Positions 23,293 through 35,986 are shown, counted from the first letter of the stretch. The stretch: 64,000 nt of DNA from Guillardia theta CCMP2712 (GCF_000315625.1 NW_005434646.1:480966-544965), one strand, 5' to 3'. Numbers and translations are program-made. The notes: a model not told the origin generated them from the letters alone.

Positions 23293-25898
23293 ATGAATGG
23301 CAAGATCTGGAAGGTCTTGCAACAGTGAGCTTGAAGCTCCTCTGACGCTCTTGTAGAAGATGACTACGATGATACCGTCCACTCTTTTCAGCAGCAGGAT
23401 TCGCATGCTTTGAGCAGGGAGAGCACGGGGGTCGACCAGGTTCAGCAAGCTGTAGAAGGGAGGAGGTTTTGCTGCTGACAGTTTCTGCTACTTGCAGAAT
23501 GAGTCGAGCAAGGAGAAGAAGTTCAGCCTGGTGAGATGATCTCAGGACGGCCTCAGCTGAAGCTCCATACAGAAAAACGCGACGAAGAAAATCATGAAGA
23601 TCGCGCGGGCGATGAGTCCTTTCCGGAGGGGGTCCGCGCTCTCAGAAGAATCCTTCGCCAGGCAGGACTCCTCTCGCCGAGACTCTCCAGGCACTTGCAC
23701 TATCCATGCCAGGGCAGCCTCTGACCTCCCTTTCCTCCTTCCTGCACATAGACGAGGATCGTAGGCCTTCCTCGCCCTTCCAGCGCATGCAACGGAGAGC
23801 GTCAGAGGCGATTGGGAACCTGATGCAGAAGATCTCACCCATGACAGCTCCTAGCAAGTCCAGCGTGCCCGTTCCCAAGCTCACGTCCGATGTGAGGGGC
23901 TCGAAAGCGTTGACTTTTCTTGTCTTCTTCATCGTCTTCTCATCGTCTCCTTCTTTCCTCCCCCTCTTCCTCGTCCTCTCCTTTCCCTTCTTCTTCCTTT
24001 CCTTCCTCCTCTTCCACTTCCTCCTCTTCGTTTCTGCTCCTGTTTCTGCTTCTGCCTATGACCGATTGTCTCAGGATGTGACGGTCGACGAGATCGTGAT
24101 CTCGGGGAACTTTGAAGTGAAGAGAAATAGGAAGGGAGAATGGAAGCGCAGGAGGACTGAGTTGACGAGGGTATGCTCAGAGAGGGAGGGAGGGAGGGGA
24201 GGGAGGGAGGGGAGGGAGGGAGGGAGGGAGGGAGGGAGGGAGGGAGGGAGGGGAGGGAGGGAGGGAGGGAGGGAGGGGAGGGAGGGAGGGAGGGAGGGCT
24301 CAGGAAGAAGAATGATCACATCTACACTTTTAGGAGGGCCACTTGCGAGTTTACGCCAAGGAAATCTTCGCTGCGAAACCGAAGCTGGAGATCCCAACCT
24401 ATCACGCAGAGATCTCAGTGGTGACTTGCGGGACTTTGGTGGGACTCTCCGAGTTGGTTCACTGGCTGCCAGGTGGAGCCAGAGGACTTCTTCTNNNNNN
24501 NNNNNNNNNNNNNNNNNNNNNNNNNNNNNNNNNNNNNNNNNNNNNNNNNNNNNNNNNNNNNNNNNNNNNNNNNNNNNNNNNNNNNNNNNNNNNNNNNNNN
24601 NNNNNNNNNNNNNNNNNNNNNNNNNNNNNNNNNNNNNNNNNNNNNNNNNNNNNNNNNNNNNNNNNNNNNNNNNNNNNNNNNNNNNNNNNNNNNNNNNNNN
24701 NNNATCTTCCTCCTCCTCCTCCTCCTCCTCCTCCCCCTTCTCCTCTCCTTGATCCTGCCCCTCTCCTCCCGTTCATGCCCCTCGTTACCTTGATCCCGTT
24801 GGCCTGCTGTCACCCCGGAGCTGACGCGTCACCTCAGACTCCTACGGATCGCCGCTGCAGTCTCGGGCTGGCTCGCCCATCACGATGCGAGGAGAGATGC
24901 AGTAGGAGGATGGGAGGCCTTTGGCCCTCTGAGTGACGCCTGGAGGAAGGAAGGAACCGGCTGTGGTCGAGGAGGAGGAAGTCGTCGACCACGAGCTGCT
25001 GCACTGGCGTCAAGTGGCCAACGACGAGCGGAGCGACCGGCTGGTAAGGGAGCTGAGGGGGAGGAGGAGGGCTGAGATGGTACGCGTGTGGCAGGAGTTG
25101 GAGGAGAGGAAGCGACGGCTGGTGGAGAGAATCAGAGACTTGAAGTTAGAGATGCACGCGGCGAACATGGAGGACGAGCGGCAAGAGCGAGAGGTGAAGG
25201 GAGGGGAGACAGGAGGGAGGAAGGGAGAAGGAGCAGTATGGAGATGGGAAGGATAGAGGTGGGAGGGGGGGGAGGAGAGGGCAGGGAGGATTGAGGAGGA
25301 GGGAGGTGGGAGGAAGTGACGGAGGCTGTTGAAGATCGAGGAGATGAGCAGGAGGGTGAAGGAGACAGAGCAGAGGTGATCATGATTGTATTTCGATCTC
25401 CTTGACCTCGAGAAGTCGGAAGGACGTTGAGGAGAATCTGAGAATTCGGAACGTGGCAAAGATCATCGCAGAGGCGAACGATCATGAAGGTGCAGGACCA
25501 TCTGCTCTTGTTTGTGGTAGCTGGGGCAATAGCTGCTCTTGTTGTTGATGTCCTCTTCCCGCTCCTCCTCCTCTTGCTCCCCCTCTCTCAGCTCCCCCTT
25601 GACCTTTGCTTGCTCCTGCTGCTCCTGCTTCCTTTCTTGTCCCTCCGATCCTCCTTCCCTTCTTCCGCCTCTTGTGCTGATTTTTCAGGGATCTCACACG
25701 TCAGCAGATACTTATCTGGCAGGTTTGGCGAGAGAGAATGCAATCTTGTTCGAAGAAAATGAGAGAAGACAAAACCGACTCCATCACGAGCATCAGGCAG
25801 CTGAAAGGTAGATGCATCTGAATCATGACATGTCATCATCAAACACATCAACTTTCACTATCACCATCAGTGACAATAACAATAACAACTACAAACGA

Positions 25899-25976
<78 letters not shown>

Positions 25977-27430
25977 GATACAATTCGGCTTCACTNNNNN
26001 NNNNNNNNNNNNNNNNNNNNNNNNNNNNNNNNNNNNNNNNNNNNNNNNNNNNNNNNNNNNNNNNNNNNNNNNNNNNNNNNNNNNNNNNNNNNNNNNNNNN
26101 NNNNNNNNNNNNNNNNNNNNNNNNNNNNNNNNNNNNNNNNNNNNNNNNNNNNNNNNNNNNNNNNNNNNNNNNNNNNNNNNNNNNNNNNNNNNNNNNNNNN
26201 NNNNNNNNNNNNNNNNNNNNNNNNNNNNNNNNNNNNNNNNNNNNNNNNNNNNNNNNNNNNNNNNNNNNNNNNNNNNNNNNNNNNNNNAGAAAGGAGGTCG
26301 AGCGGCTAGCAGGGATGGTCTACCTAGAGGGGAGGCCCAAGTTCCCTCTGTCCATGGTTCACCTCGGGGTCAGCGTGGAGGATCGAGCAGCTGGGGCGGG
26401 TGCTGGGCCGAGAATCTCGAGCGTCGCGCGGGATCTACACGTGAAGGGTGAGGGTGAGGGTGAGGAGTGAGTTAGAGATTAGGGTACAGGAGAGGGAGGG
26501 AGGCTGGATGATGGAAGGGAGAGGGAGGGAGGAGAGGCTGGAAGAAGGGAGGGAGGGGAGCGAAGGGAGGGGAGGGAGGAGAGGCTGGAGGAAGGGAGGA
26601 AGGGGGGCAAGAGGTAAGGAGAGAAAGAGATGAAGAGGACTAGGGCGTGGTTAAGGAGAGGACGAGGTCGAGGAGAGGGAGGGGAGGAAGGAGTGAAGAT
26701 GGTTTTCCTGGTGTCTTTCCCTCACTGCTGAGCAGGAGACTTGAGGGTCGGCGATGAGATCCTCAGGATCGACGGGCGAGACGTTCAGTCGCTCCCCTCC
26801 CAACACATCGCGCGCCTCCTCTTGGATGCTCCCGGGACTCGCACGACGTTAACCTTGCGAGCAGGAGCAGCCAGCAGCGCAAAGCCACACACGGCAAGGA
26901 TGCTTCCTCTGCTCCCTCCCTCCCTCCCTCCCTCCCTCCTCCTCCTGTCCAACGTCACCCCCGATCTCTCCTACTCCTCCTCATAGCTACTCTCAGCACC
27001 TACTTCTCCTACACGATGTTGGCATGAAGACTGTCTGCGGCAGGTGGTGGTGAGCAGGGCGCAGAGGAAGACGGAGGCAGCGAGCTGGAAGTTGGAGGAA
27101 GAAGAGGGCAGGAGGGCGCTGGAGCAGTACAGGGCGATGACGGACTTGGCAATGGCGCATGCCGCAGCGGTAGGCTAACCACCTGCTCCTCTCCTCCTCC
27201 TCTTTCGCTGTCACCGCTGACGACTCGGCGATGTCAGGAAGGGAAACTGGTCGGGCTTGACCTTCAGGTTGGACTCTTGCGGGAGCTGGTGGAGAAGGAG
27301 GCGGTGGCAGCCAGAGAGCGGGAGCGGGAGAGCCGCCGGCTCCAGCAGATGCTCGAGCAGCTCGACCCGGTGAAGGCAGAAGAAGCTCTGGAGCAGCGGG
27401 AGAGAAGGAGGAGGTGAAGTATATAAATGA
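23293..27430 (+). CDS. PH + coiled-coil + PDZ protein interrupted by two assembly gaps (boundaries approximate)
   Basis: PH-like ISGNFEVKRNRKGEWKRRRTEL...LRVYAKE; PDZ VHLGVSVED...LRVGDEILRIDGRDVQSLPSQHIARLLLDAPGTRTTLTLR; E/R-rich exons separated by GA/CT-rich introns. Confidence 0.6.
24180..24298. repeat. Intronic (GGAG)n purine microsatellite
   Basis: Run of gagg/ggga units. Confidence 0.95.
24495..24703. other. Assembly gap (N run)
   Basis: Ns in sequence. Confidence 1.
25899..25976. repeat. (CAT)n microsatellite, about 26 units
   Basis: Perfect catcat run just before the second gap. Confidence 0.97.
25996..26287. other. Assembly gap (N run)
   Basis: Ns in sequence. Confidence 1.
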
Positions 27431-27685
27431 TCCATGTCCTGAAACTCCGCAGGCCTCCATCCCCACCCCCTTTGCAACTTCGTCCTTTTCTTCCTTCCTC
27501 CCCCTCCACCCCCCTTGCTCTTCCCTCTCCTCTCCTCCCTCTCTCCTCCCCTTCATCCAAATGCTCATCTAATTCTCTTCCTCCATCTCTCCTCGCCATT
27601 CCCCACACCATCTATACCCATTCTAACAAGCAGGTTTGAAAATTTCAAAATTCGAAATTTCTCATTTGGCGGGAACTCGACCCCC

Positions 27686-30374
27686 TCAGATCTTGGGGAA
27701 AGAGTCGGGGTGGTAGACTTGTAGACTGTTGACGACAAGGTAGACGATCCATATGGTGATGAAGAGGACTGCTGACAGGACGCTGGCCCACTTGGGCCCG
27801 CCGAGCTCGAAGCCGAAGTAGGCGCGGCGGACGAAGAGGATGGCAAAGGAGATGACGGTTAGACCTACGAAGAGGATGGTGTTGAACCCCAGGCTCCCTC
27901 CGATCACGACGAACCCTCCCTTCCCGTTGTTCTCTGGTAGGAAGGGAGCATCGTGATTCTCCGTGAGTGCATAGTAGGCAGGCGGTCGCATGCCATCTTT
28001 CCCCTGGTACTTTTCCAGCCACCTGCGAGCAATCGTTCAGGGCGACAGGCAGCAGCACCAGCAGCAAGGCTTCACTTGTCCGTGGGGCCAACGCTAGACC
28101 AGTAGATGGCAGCGATGAGCCAAGGAAGCCCCAGGCCAAGGTAGACGTTGACCGAGTTGCTTCCTGTGATGTTGCCTATGGCGTTGTCGGCATTGTTGTC
28201 CGACGAGATCGCCAGCATGGAGGCGAAGGTGTCGGGCAGCGACGTGCCGAGGGCGACGATGGTGATGGCAGTGACGGCATCCTCCAGCCCGACGACACAG
28301 CCGAACAAGGAGGCGAGGTCGGAGATGAGCGTCGTGACAAGTCCGATCATGACAAGGGCAACTATAAAAGTTGCCCAGCCGTTCCAGTACTGAGGAGGAG
28401 GAATAAAAGCAGCAAAGAACTTCCAGATGAAGGTGATGTAGTGGACCGTCAGCTCGGTGTTAGTCGTATCCTCGAGGTTTTCTCCCCCGTTGACCGTCAG
28501 CGCCTGCCGAAACTGCATGGACCATGTCAACTCCTCGATCGACATGTCTGCTGGGGAGATGCGAATCTCGATCCTGCTCTTCTGCCCCACAGAGGCGCCA
28601 CTATCCTTGTCCTCCAACTTCATCTCTGCATAGAAGCAAAGCTGGAGGAACATCATGGTGAGCTACCTCACGAGAGATCGAAAGTTTTCAGGTCTTACGT
28701 CTCCTTCGTGATCCACGAAGTTCTCCAGATGATGCTTGTTGATGCGGATCTGGGCAGCAGGAAGGAGTCAGAGCCATGCTGAGGGGGGCAGGGACGAATG
28801 ACCTGCACGTGCTTGAGAATCTCGTTGTCACTCCAATCCAGGACCGCATCGATGGCATCGTAGTGGAACCCAGCCTGAGGAAAGCACAGGATCAGCAAGA
28901 CTGAGGGGGCAGCAGCAGCTGCTGAAGGTCAAGTCGGGACCTTGGCAGTGTCGTCCACCGTCCTGACCCGCAACCGAGCGTCTCCTCGGCTCCCCTTGAG
29001 CCGCTGAACGAATAGGGTCACCTCCGCATCCTCCGTCGTGCAGGACTTGGGGTCCTCGTCAGACCACTCGAAGACCCCGGGCCCGTCCATGTCGATGATG
29101 GTTACCTTGGTGCTGTCCCGCAGCCCCAGCCTGGACTGCTGATCATCTACCGTCAGATTGACCAAGAAGTTGAGGTCCTCGTTCCACTCGTCATCATGGA
29201 TGATCGTCAGTGGGATCGTCTTCTCTACTTCCCCCTCCGCAAAGGAGACAGTCCCCTTTGTGCTCTGGTACGACTTGCCCGCCTTGGCCGTCCCGTCAAC
29301 CGTCTCATAACTGACTGTCGTGGCACAGTCCACGTTGCCATATCGCACGATGGGCACGAAGACTTCCCCTGCCGTCTCGAGGAAGGAGTATTCCTCCGCG
29401 GGGAACTGGAAGTAGGACAGGTCCTGCGAGATCATGCTGGACCTTCTCCTCAGGAACTCGTTTTCAACCTGCTTCGGCTTCGCTGCCGACAGCGCCCCAA
29501 GGGCCTGATGCCTGTACTTGGCTCGAGCGTTGATCTGCTCCATGTTCGCATCTGGAGCCACAGTATCCTTGGTCCCATCGGACGGAGCGACCTTGGCGCT
29601 GAAGCTGAAGTATCCTCGATCAGCCAAGTATACCAGGAGGGTAAGCACGGGGAACATCCCGAAGGTAACAGCCGCCTCCTCCACAGTCACCACGTTGGGA
29701 GTCCAGACGGAGACAGATATGTACATCCACAGGTAAGCCAGGACGGAGGACATACTTGTGAGAAGAAACACAGTCATGTTGTCGACCTTGCGCCCGACTC
29801 CGGCAGGCAGTGCCAGCATGCAGACTGCGGTGATGATGTTGAGGTTGTAGGAGGCCGACCCCACCACCGTGCCCGGGCCGAGGTCACCCGAGAAGAAACC
29901 CGAGAAGCAGATCTCTATCACGGCCAGCAGGATCTCAGGGGTCGACGACCCGAGGGCCATGAGCGTCAAGTTGGCAACCGCTGGGTTCCAGATTAGGTTC
30001 TCTACCTCTTCGTAAACCGGATTGCCACCATCGTCCGTGACAGTCTGCCCGTTGTCGTCCTTCCTCAACACCCTCTTCTTGTACGTTGTGTTGGTTATTC
30101 TTTCAATCCCCGCCATGAAGGCATCGCTGAGGATCGACACCCCTGCGAAGCACCACAAGAGTCCCAGCAGGTACAGGAACGCCCGGAAGCCACGCGACCA
30201 CGTGTACTCGTACGGTATGAACGGGAGAAAGTGAGTTCCTTCTCCACCCGCACAGCAGCTCATCTTGGCCTTCTCGCCTTCGCAGAAACCATCTCCAGCC
30301 CCTACGATCTGTGCTCCACAAGAGAGAAGGAGAAATTGAAGCAAACGCCGTCGACATGATGGAGACATTGGCAT
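27686..30374 (-). CDS. NCX: Na+/Ca2+ exchanger (NCX/SLC8-like) with Calx-beta domains and signal peptide
   Basis: Alpha-1 VANLTLMALGSSTPEILLAVIE...GPGTVVGSA; alpha-2 VALGTSLPDTFAS...NITGSNSVNVYLGLGLPW; Calx-beta YETVDGTAKAG..Y....GTVSFAEGEVEKTI; C-terminal RRAYFGFELGGP. Confidence 0.96.
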
Positions 30375-31662
30375 GTGCCGTGCAGATTGCGTGTCAGGGT
30401 GCGAATCACACCTTCTACATGAGCTCCATTCCAGAATCTTCAACCATACAGACACCCCTTTTTGAAAACGACAGTCAGAATCTAATGTTGCAGTGGAAAA
30501 TCATCGTTCTCATCATGAAAATAAATCTTGAAACCGCAAAAATTCCCTTGACAACTGTAGACATGGAAACTACCTACCACTGACCCAGCCTTTTGTGACC
30601 AATCTTCTGTTCCCTGTATCCTTCTCCTGCTATGCACGTGTACCTCCTACCGTACTCAATCCTGCCTCCCAATCTAGAATCAACAAATGGGGTCAACGAC
30701 AGTGCCAATGCGTGAGGTACTTTTGCGACATTCTTCCCCAGCGCCTCTGATAAGACGCTGGAGCTCGTCCCTTTCCATCAGATCGTCATCTCCTCTCCAT
30801 CTCTGACCTCTCCTCTCCCGTGCTGTCCTCTACCTCAGCCCTGGCTAACGGCGCTCTACCTTTCCCCAGTATGGTCGTTGAACATTCCCCGACATCAATC
30901 AACAGCTCCCACTGCGTTAGAAGCGCTACCCCACCCTCAGTTCGGCCTCAACCTCCCCACCCCACCTCGCCCCAGCAAAGTTTCTACCTCTCCACCCCGT
31001 CGTTACTTCCACCACCCCCGTCACGTCCCGTTTACTCTACGGTACATTATTACTACAGACAACCCTCACAATGGTGATGACTATAACACCCACCCTACAA
31101 ACCTGAGACCGTCACGGTGCTCAGATAAGGGCCCTAAGTTGCTTCAAGTTGCTGCAATTGTACTACCCCCTTTCCTAGCCAAAATTTGGCTAACATGGGG
31201 TGGGTGATTGAGCGACTCTGAAGAGCTTGTGTCAGGGAGGGGTGGTCCTTGAAGGATTGAAACGCACGAGGGGGTGGTACAATGAGCAGGTGATCACTTG
31301 AAAGTTTTACTTAACTTGGAAAATGGACCAGACGGCCCCGGCGCCTGAGAATATAAGTTCACAGAGTCAGTGAACTGGACTCGGAGTCCGGCAGTCGTCC
31401 GGGCCGCCCGGGGGCTACTGCACAACTGCAGGCTGTGGCCCGGCAAACCTTATGAAATTGAGATTCGCATGCTAGGACCAAATGCCGTACATCCTTTTGT
31501 ATCTCCCTTGAGATCAGCAGGTCTTACAAGGCTATGACCTGAACTATGACCTTGGTCGTAGGAGCTGACTCCAGTTCCCTGCATGGCTGCAACTGCTATC
31601 GCAAGTGGGGTAGGTTGTCCAGTTGTAATTTGCACAGAAGGTGGGGTACTCTGGGATAATCG

Positions 31663-31690
31663 TATGGTGGGGGTTATCACCCCCACCATA
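31663..31690. repeat. Perfect 12-bp inverted repeat with 4-nt loop
   Basis: tatggtgggggt-tatc-acccccaccata. Confidence 0.9.
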
Positions 31691-32570
31691 TACAATTCCA
31701 TCTGTGCCCCTGCTACTACCCTACCTCTTCGTATCATTCGAAGCAGGCCTAGGCTCAAGGCGAAGACAACAAATAAAGGACCCCAGCCCCCTTCTCGAAG
31801 ACTACCCTGACGACCCACCCTACCCCTACACCTCTATCCTGCTCCGAAGAGAACAGCCTCCACCGGCCACAGAACAGCCGTTGAACTTCTATGGGGGTGG
31901 GAGGCTTTTTTACCGGGGTGGGGGTGGAGACAGCCAGGAATTCCCTAAGAGTTGTTATGGCAGGAGGCAGGGTAGGGTGATGATGAAAAGCGGGTGGGGG
32001 TCTATCTCTTCATGATGTTGAGGGGGTAGGGTACGTGTCGTGCTGACAGCAGGCTGGTTGAGACCATTACACTACGGGTGGGTGGTTTTGTGGTAGTTGG
32101 GTAGGGTAATGGGGCGGTACTAGATGTCTAGCAATACCTTGAGGATGTGGGTAGGGGTGGGTTGATCACGAACGATTGAAAGTAGTCGATAGCTGGGGTG
32201 ATTTTGGGGATATGACGGGGTAGGGTCATATATGTATGGAGACATGGGGGGTGGTGTCAGGGGTTGAGATTGAAGGTAAACGAGCACAAAATCGGGAGAC
32301 TGCCAGGGAAACGACGAACAGCAAGAGACAGCGGAAGGAGAGAAGAGAGGAGGAGGAGAAAGAGGGAAAGAGATAAGAACAAGTCAAGGAGCAGACGTAT
32401 TAGAGGAAACTCGCCATCTGCGAACTGATAGCACGGGATTTGAACCGAGTTGTACAGAAAGGCGTGCAAACTCTGTTTGCTGGTTGAATGATATCAACCA
32501 GGACCCGAAGCAGTAGTGAGAGAAATCTTTTTCGACATCATATTTCAAGGAGCTATTGTTGACCGAGAAG

Positions 32571-33311
32571 ATGCTGAGAAAGGGAACATGTCTAGTTTGG
32601 GCACTGCAGTCTTGTTCGATAATGTTGTCGACAGCTGCCTTCGTCAATGGCCCGATCAGCTCTATTGAATTGCGCAGAACAGGATCATCAGACAGGCTTA
32701 TGCACCTGCTGCACAACTTTGAGAGCTCAAGCTGCAGTTGCCACAAGCGCGAGAGGCCATGTTGCAGCTGCCGTTCAAGAAGGACAACCCCGCACATGGT
32801 CAATGTTGCGCCTTCCACATCGGCGGTCGCTTCAGGAACGTCTCCCAGCAAGAAATCTGTGGGCACAGACCCGTCAAAGCTCTACCTGGAACCGAACACG
32901 ATGTTTCCTGCACCGGAAGGTCCCTCCACGCTGGATTGGAACGAGACGAGCCACAGTGGAGGCGACGCACTGCTTGAGCTCTACCACGGCTCGAGTCGAG
33001 TTGTCATTGTAGAGTACTGGTACAAGAAGTGCGCCATGTGCAAGGTGATGCAGCCTCTGGTGCAGCGAGTTGTGAGAGAGTTCACGGGGAAGATTCACTT
33101 CGTCGAGGTTGAGGTGTTTGAGAGCAAGAAGGTCGTGCAGCATGCCGGCCTGCGCAGCGTCCCGGCGTTCCAGGTCTTCTACGACGGCAAGATGATCGAC
33201 CATTTCTCTGGGTTGCACACGGTGAAGGCGATGCGAGCCATCTTCTCCAACGCGCTGGAGATGACGGCAGAGAGGCTTGACAACTTCTCCCACGCGGAGG
33301 TTCGGTCATGA
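32571..33311 (+). CDS. Plastid-targeted thioredoxin-like protein (CAMC active site)
   Basis: VVIVEYWYKKCAMCKVMQP...IHFVEVEV...LRSVPAFQVFYDGK; presequence MLRKGTCLVWALQSCSIMLSTAA-F. Confidence 0.88.
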   Translation: MLRKGTCLVWALQSCSIMLSTAAFVNGPISSIELRRTGSSDRLMHLLHNFESSSCSCHKRERPCCSCRSRRTTPHMVNVAPSTSAVASGTSPSKKSVGTDPSKLYLEPNTMFPAPEGPSTLDWNETSHSGGDALLELYHGSSRVVIVEYWYKKCAMCKVMQPLVQRVVREFTGKIHFVEVEVFESKKVVQHAGLRSVPAFQVFYDGKMIDHFSGLHTVKAMRAIFSNALEMTAERLDNFSHAEVRS

Positions 33312-33448
33312 CAGGGGACAAAGCTCGAGGAGCCTCGTTGCACTGATTGTTTTACTAAGAAAGGTTTAGCATCATTTGATTGAATTATGTACATCTTCAA
33401 ATGTCAAGTTGTCAAGTGAAGACGAGTGGCCCCTGGGTTCCTCGTCTC

Positions 33449-35986
33449 TCAACTTGTTAACGAATGTTCTTGCAGGAACTGCTGAGCGGGCAAGATCACC
33501 CGCAGCCATCGCATCCTGCTCCGCGCCATGTGGCCACGAAAGGCTCGTTGGATCCGGACAGACGCAAGCTGTCGCCACATCGCCCGCACCTTCTCTCGCA
33601 CGCTGTGCCCTCGCCACTGTCGCTGAATCCTCAGCGCTCCTCGATCCTCCCTTGTGTGAGAGTCTTGAGGGAAAGCAAGCAGCAGATTTTCGTCTTCTTG
33701 TCGCTTTGCCTGCCATCTCCTCCAGTGCTGTTGGATTGCTACAGCGCTCATACTTAGCTCCATGCGCTGCTTCACCACCTCCTGGATCTCCGCCACCTTC
33801 ATCCTCAGCAGCAGATCCTTGCGGGCTAAGAAGCCCCTCATAGCAACCTGCAGCTTCACGCAGGACGTCACCCTCTGCTGCATCCAATCGCTTGCCAGCA
33901 GCGACTTCAGCTTGAGCTCCTGCTCGACTCTCTTCCTAGCGAGGAAGCATATGTGGGCACCTTGGATGCGCCTGGCAGCATGCACTCTTGCCTCCTCGTG
34001 CAACTCGTAAAAACGGACGCTCTTGACCAAGATCAGCTTCTTCCTTGACAAGAACACACGAAAGTTGCTTTGTATCAAAGTTGCCTTGCGGCCCAAGAGC
34101 TGCGGGACACAACCTTGTTCGTATGCTTGACGAGTACTCCTTGCGACAAGAAAGCGAACGAGCTGCATTCCGATCCGCTCCGATCTTCTCGTTTTCGCTT
34201 CGGCGAGGGCACCTCGAGCGGACTTTGCCCTGATCGCTCTTTGAATTGTACCGATCCGGAGCTTCCATTCGCTACCTACACCATCTTGTACAGTGTCATG
34301 AGCCTGCTCGCCCCTGTCCGCTCCTTGCCGATGATGGATGGAGTGTAAAGACGAGAATATCTTGAATAAAGCTCTCTCCCTGAATTCAGTCGCGAACTTT
34401 CTCTTCGCCTCTGCGTATCGCAGAAAGCCAACAATGATGATCTTGCACTCCATTTGACGTGATATCAGCCTCCTCCTCCTCTCCAACGCATGGAAGACTT
34501 TGATCTGCAGAAACACAGCAGCGCTTCTCCTCCCCTGCGACCTCCTTTCCTCTCGTACTGCTTCGAACCGCCCCGCTGCTAGATGCCTTCGATAGGCACA
34601 CTGGATCAACATGCACTTTTCCCTCCTCGTGCGAGAGAGAGTCATGAGCACAGGCTTCTTCTCCTTCATGGGCTCAACTTCATCCACCTTCCTCATCGGT
34701 TGCTGCTCTGGAGGGAACTCGCTTGCCATGTATCCATCGACACTATCCATCAGCCTCATGTCCACAGGAACCAATCGCATGCAGCCCGTGGGCTGGAGGT
34801 TGTTCGGTGAGGCATCCAGCTGGCATCCAGCCTGCATCATTATGTCATTGGACAAGATCGTACAGTTGTCGGAGGTGTCGTTGTGAGGGTTGAAATCTTC
34901 AGCCACCACATCTTGAAAACTCGGAGAGCCCTGTGGGTCGACCGAGTGCCACGTCATCATCTTCTGGAACTCCTCGAGGACTCGTCTGACGACCTGGGCC
35001 ATGATTTCTGCCTCCGATCGAAGGCCTCCGGAGTGAGCGAGGGAGCGAAGAGTCGTCTGTCTCCCCAGTCTCTTGTGCAGCATCATGGCAAAGGCAAGCA
35101 TCATCTCCGTCACGTGCATAGATTTCACTATATCAGAATGAGCATCCGAGACTGAGATCAAATCCGACGAGTCATTGTTGCGGTCTTCGGGCAGCCCTGA
35201 CAACCTTCGTCTGGCCGCCATGCAGATTAGCTTGCGGATCCCCATCGCAGCTTCGAGAGAGTCCCTGGAGAGGACCGCAGTTCTTCTCGACTCGATGATG
35301 AAGCTCCTCCCATCTTCAGTCCGCGACATCTCTGTTTGCTCTCTCAGAATGAGCTCATCCTCTGTCCCGTTGTCCTCGTCAAAGGATCTGTATGTCACTT
35401 GCGAGAAATCAGCCGCCAGGGCGAATTTGCCTCCATCAAACACGCCAGGGCTCGCGATGAACAAGTCCGATGTCTGGTGTCTTCCCCTCCTACCATCACC
35501 GAAAGAGGCCACGTCAGGTATCGGCAACTTCACGCGGTCCGCCAGTGCTTTCTTGCTCGCGTCCCTCCTTGGTTCCATGTCGATGCTTTCGCATTCAGGG
35601 AATCGAAGATATGTCTGCTCGCTTTGTTTACCGCACTTGCCCTGGACAGTCCTGACGGACTGCGCTGATCGCTTGTCCATGCTGTCCTCGCTCGCAAGCT
35701 GTGCGAGTGTTCGAACGGCAGTCATGTGATGGGAAGGGCGTGGTTTTGCTCGAGCATGGCTGACGAACGCAGCTTGAGCAGAATGTCTCCTCTCAGTGGC
35801 ATTGGCCTCGCACTTCAATATCATTCTGCTGAACTGATCGAAATCATCTTCTTGGTAGTCAGTTCCATCGCATTCCAGCATGACAGCCGGATCTGGAAGG
35901 CCAAGTTTCCTCCTCACTCGCAACCTTCCCCTTGAGACATCAACAGTCTGTGGATAGACAAGATGTTCGTTGTGAAACAAATCCAT
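33449..35986 (-). CDS. Multi-IQ-motif (calmodulin-binding) protein
   Basis: 845-aa ORF with repeated IQ motifs: IQCAYRRHLA, IQSNFRVFLSR, LQVAMRGFLAR, IQRQWRGHSVR, IQRAFRGHMAR. Confidence 0.85.
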   Translation of the reverse strand: MDLFHNEHLVYPQTVDVSRGRLRVRRKLGLPDPAVMLECDGTDYQEDDFDQFSRMILKCEANATERRHSAQAAFVSHARAKPRPSHHMTAVRTLAQLASEDSMDKRSAQSVRTVQGKCGKQSEQTYLRFPECESIDMEPRRDASKKALADRVKLPIPDVASFGDGRRGRHQTSDLFIASPGVFDGGKFALAADFSQVTYRSFDEDNGTEDELILREQTEMSRTEDGRSFIIESRRTAVLSRDSLEAAMGIRKLICMAARRRLSGLPEDRNNDSSDLISVSDAHSDIVKSMHVTEMMLAFAMMLHKRLGRQTTLRSLAHSGGLRSEAEIMAQVVRRVLEEFQKMMTWHSVDPQGSPSFQDVVAEDFNPHNDTSDNCTILSNDIMMQAGCQLDASPNNLQPTGCMRLVPVDMRLMDSVDGYMASEFPPEQQPMRKVDEVEPMKEKKPVLMTLSRTRREKCMLIQCAYRRHLAAGRFEAVREERRSQGRRSAAVFLQIKVFHALERRRRLISRQMECKIIIVGFLRYAEAKRKFATEFRERALFKIFSSLHSIHHRQGADRGEQAHDTVQDGVGSEWKLRIGTIQRAIRAKSARGALAEAKTRRSERIGMQLVRFLVARSTRQAYEQGCVPQLLGRKATLIQSNFRVFLSRKKLILVKSVRFYELHEEARVHAARRIQGAHICFLARKRVEQELKLKSLLASDWMQQRVTSCVKLQVAMRGFLARKDLLLRMKVAEIQEVVKQRMELSMSAVAIQQHWRRWQAKRQEDENLLLAFPQDSHTREDRGALRIQRQWRGHSVREKVRAMWRQLASVRIQRAFRGHMARSRMRWLRVILPAQQFLQEHSLTS

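Noticed and set aside
25812-26451. Poly-His or poly-Ile ORFs
   Set aside because: Translation of a (CAT)n microsatellite running into an N gap; probably non-coding
30820-32015. Small ORFs in the NCX/Trx spacer
   Set aside because: Low-complexity Pro/Gly translations of G/C tracts with no coherent gene structure
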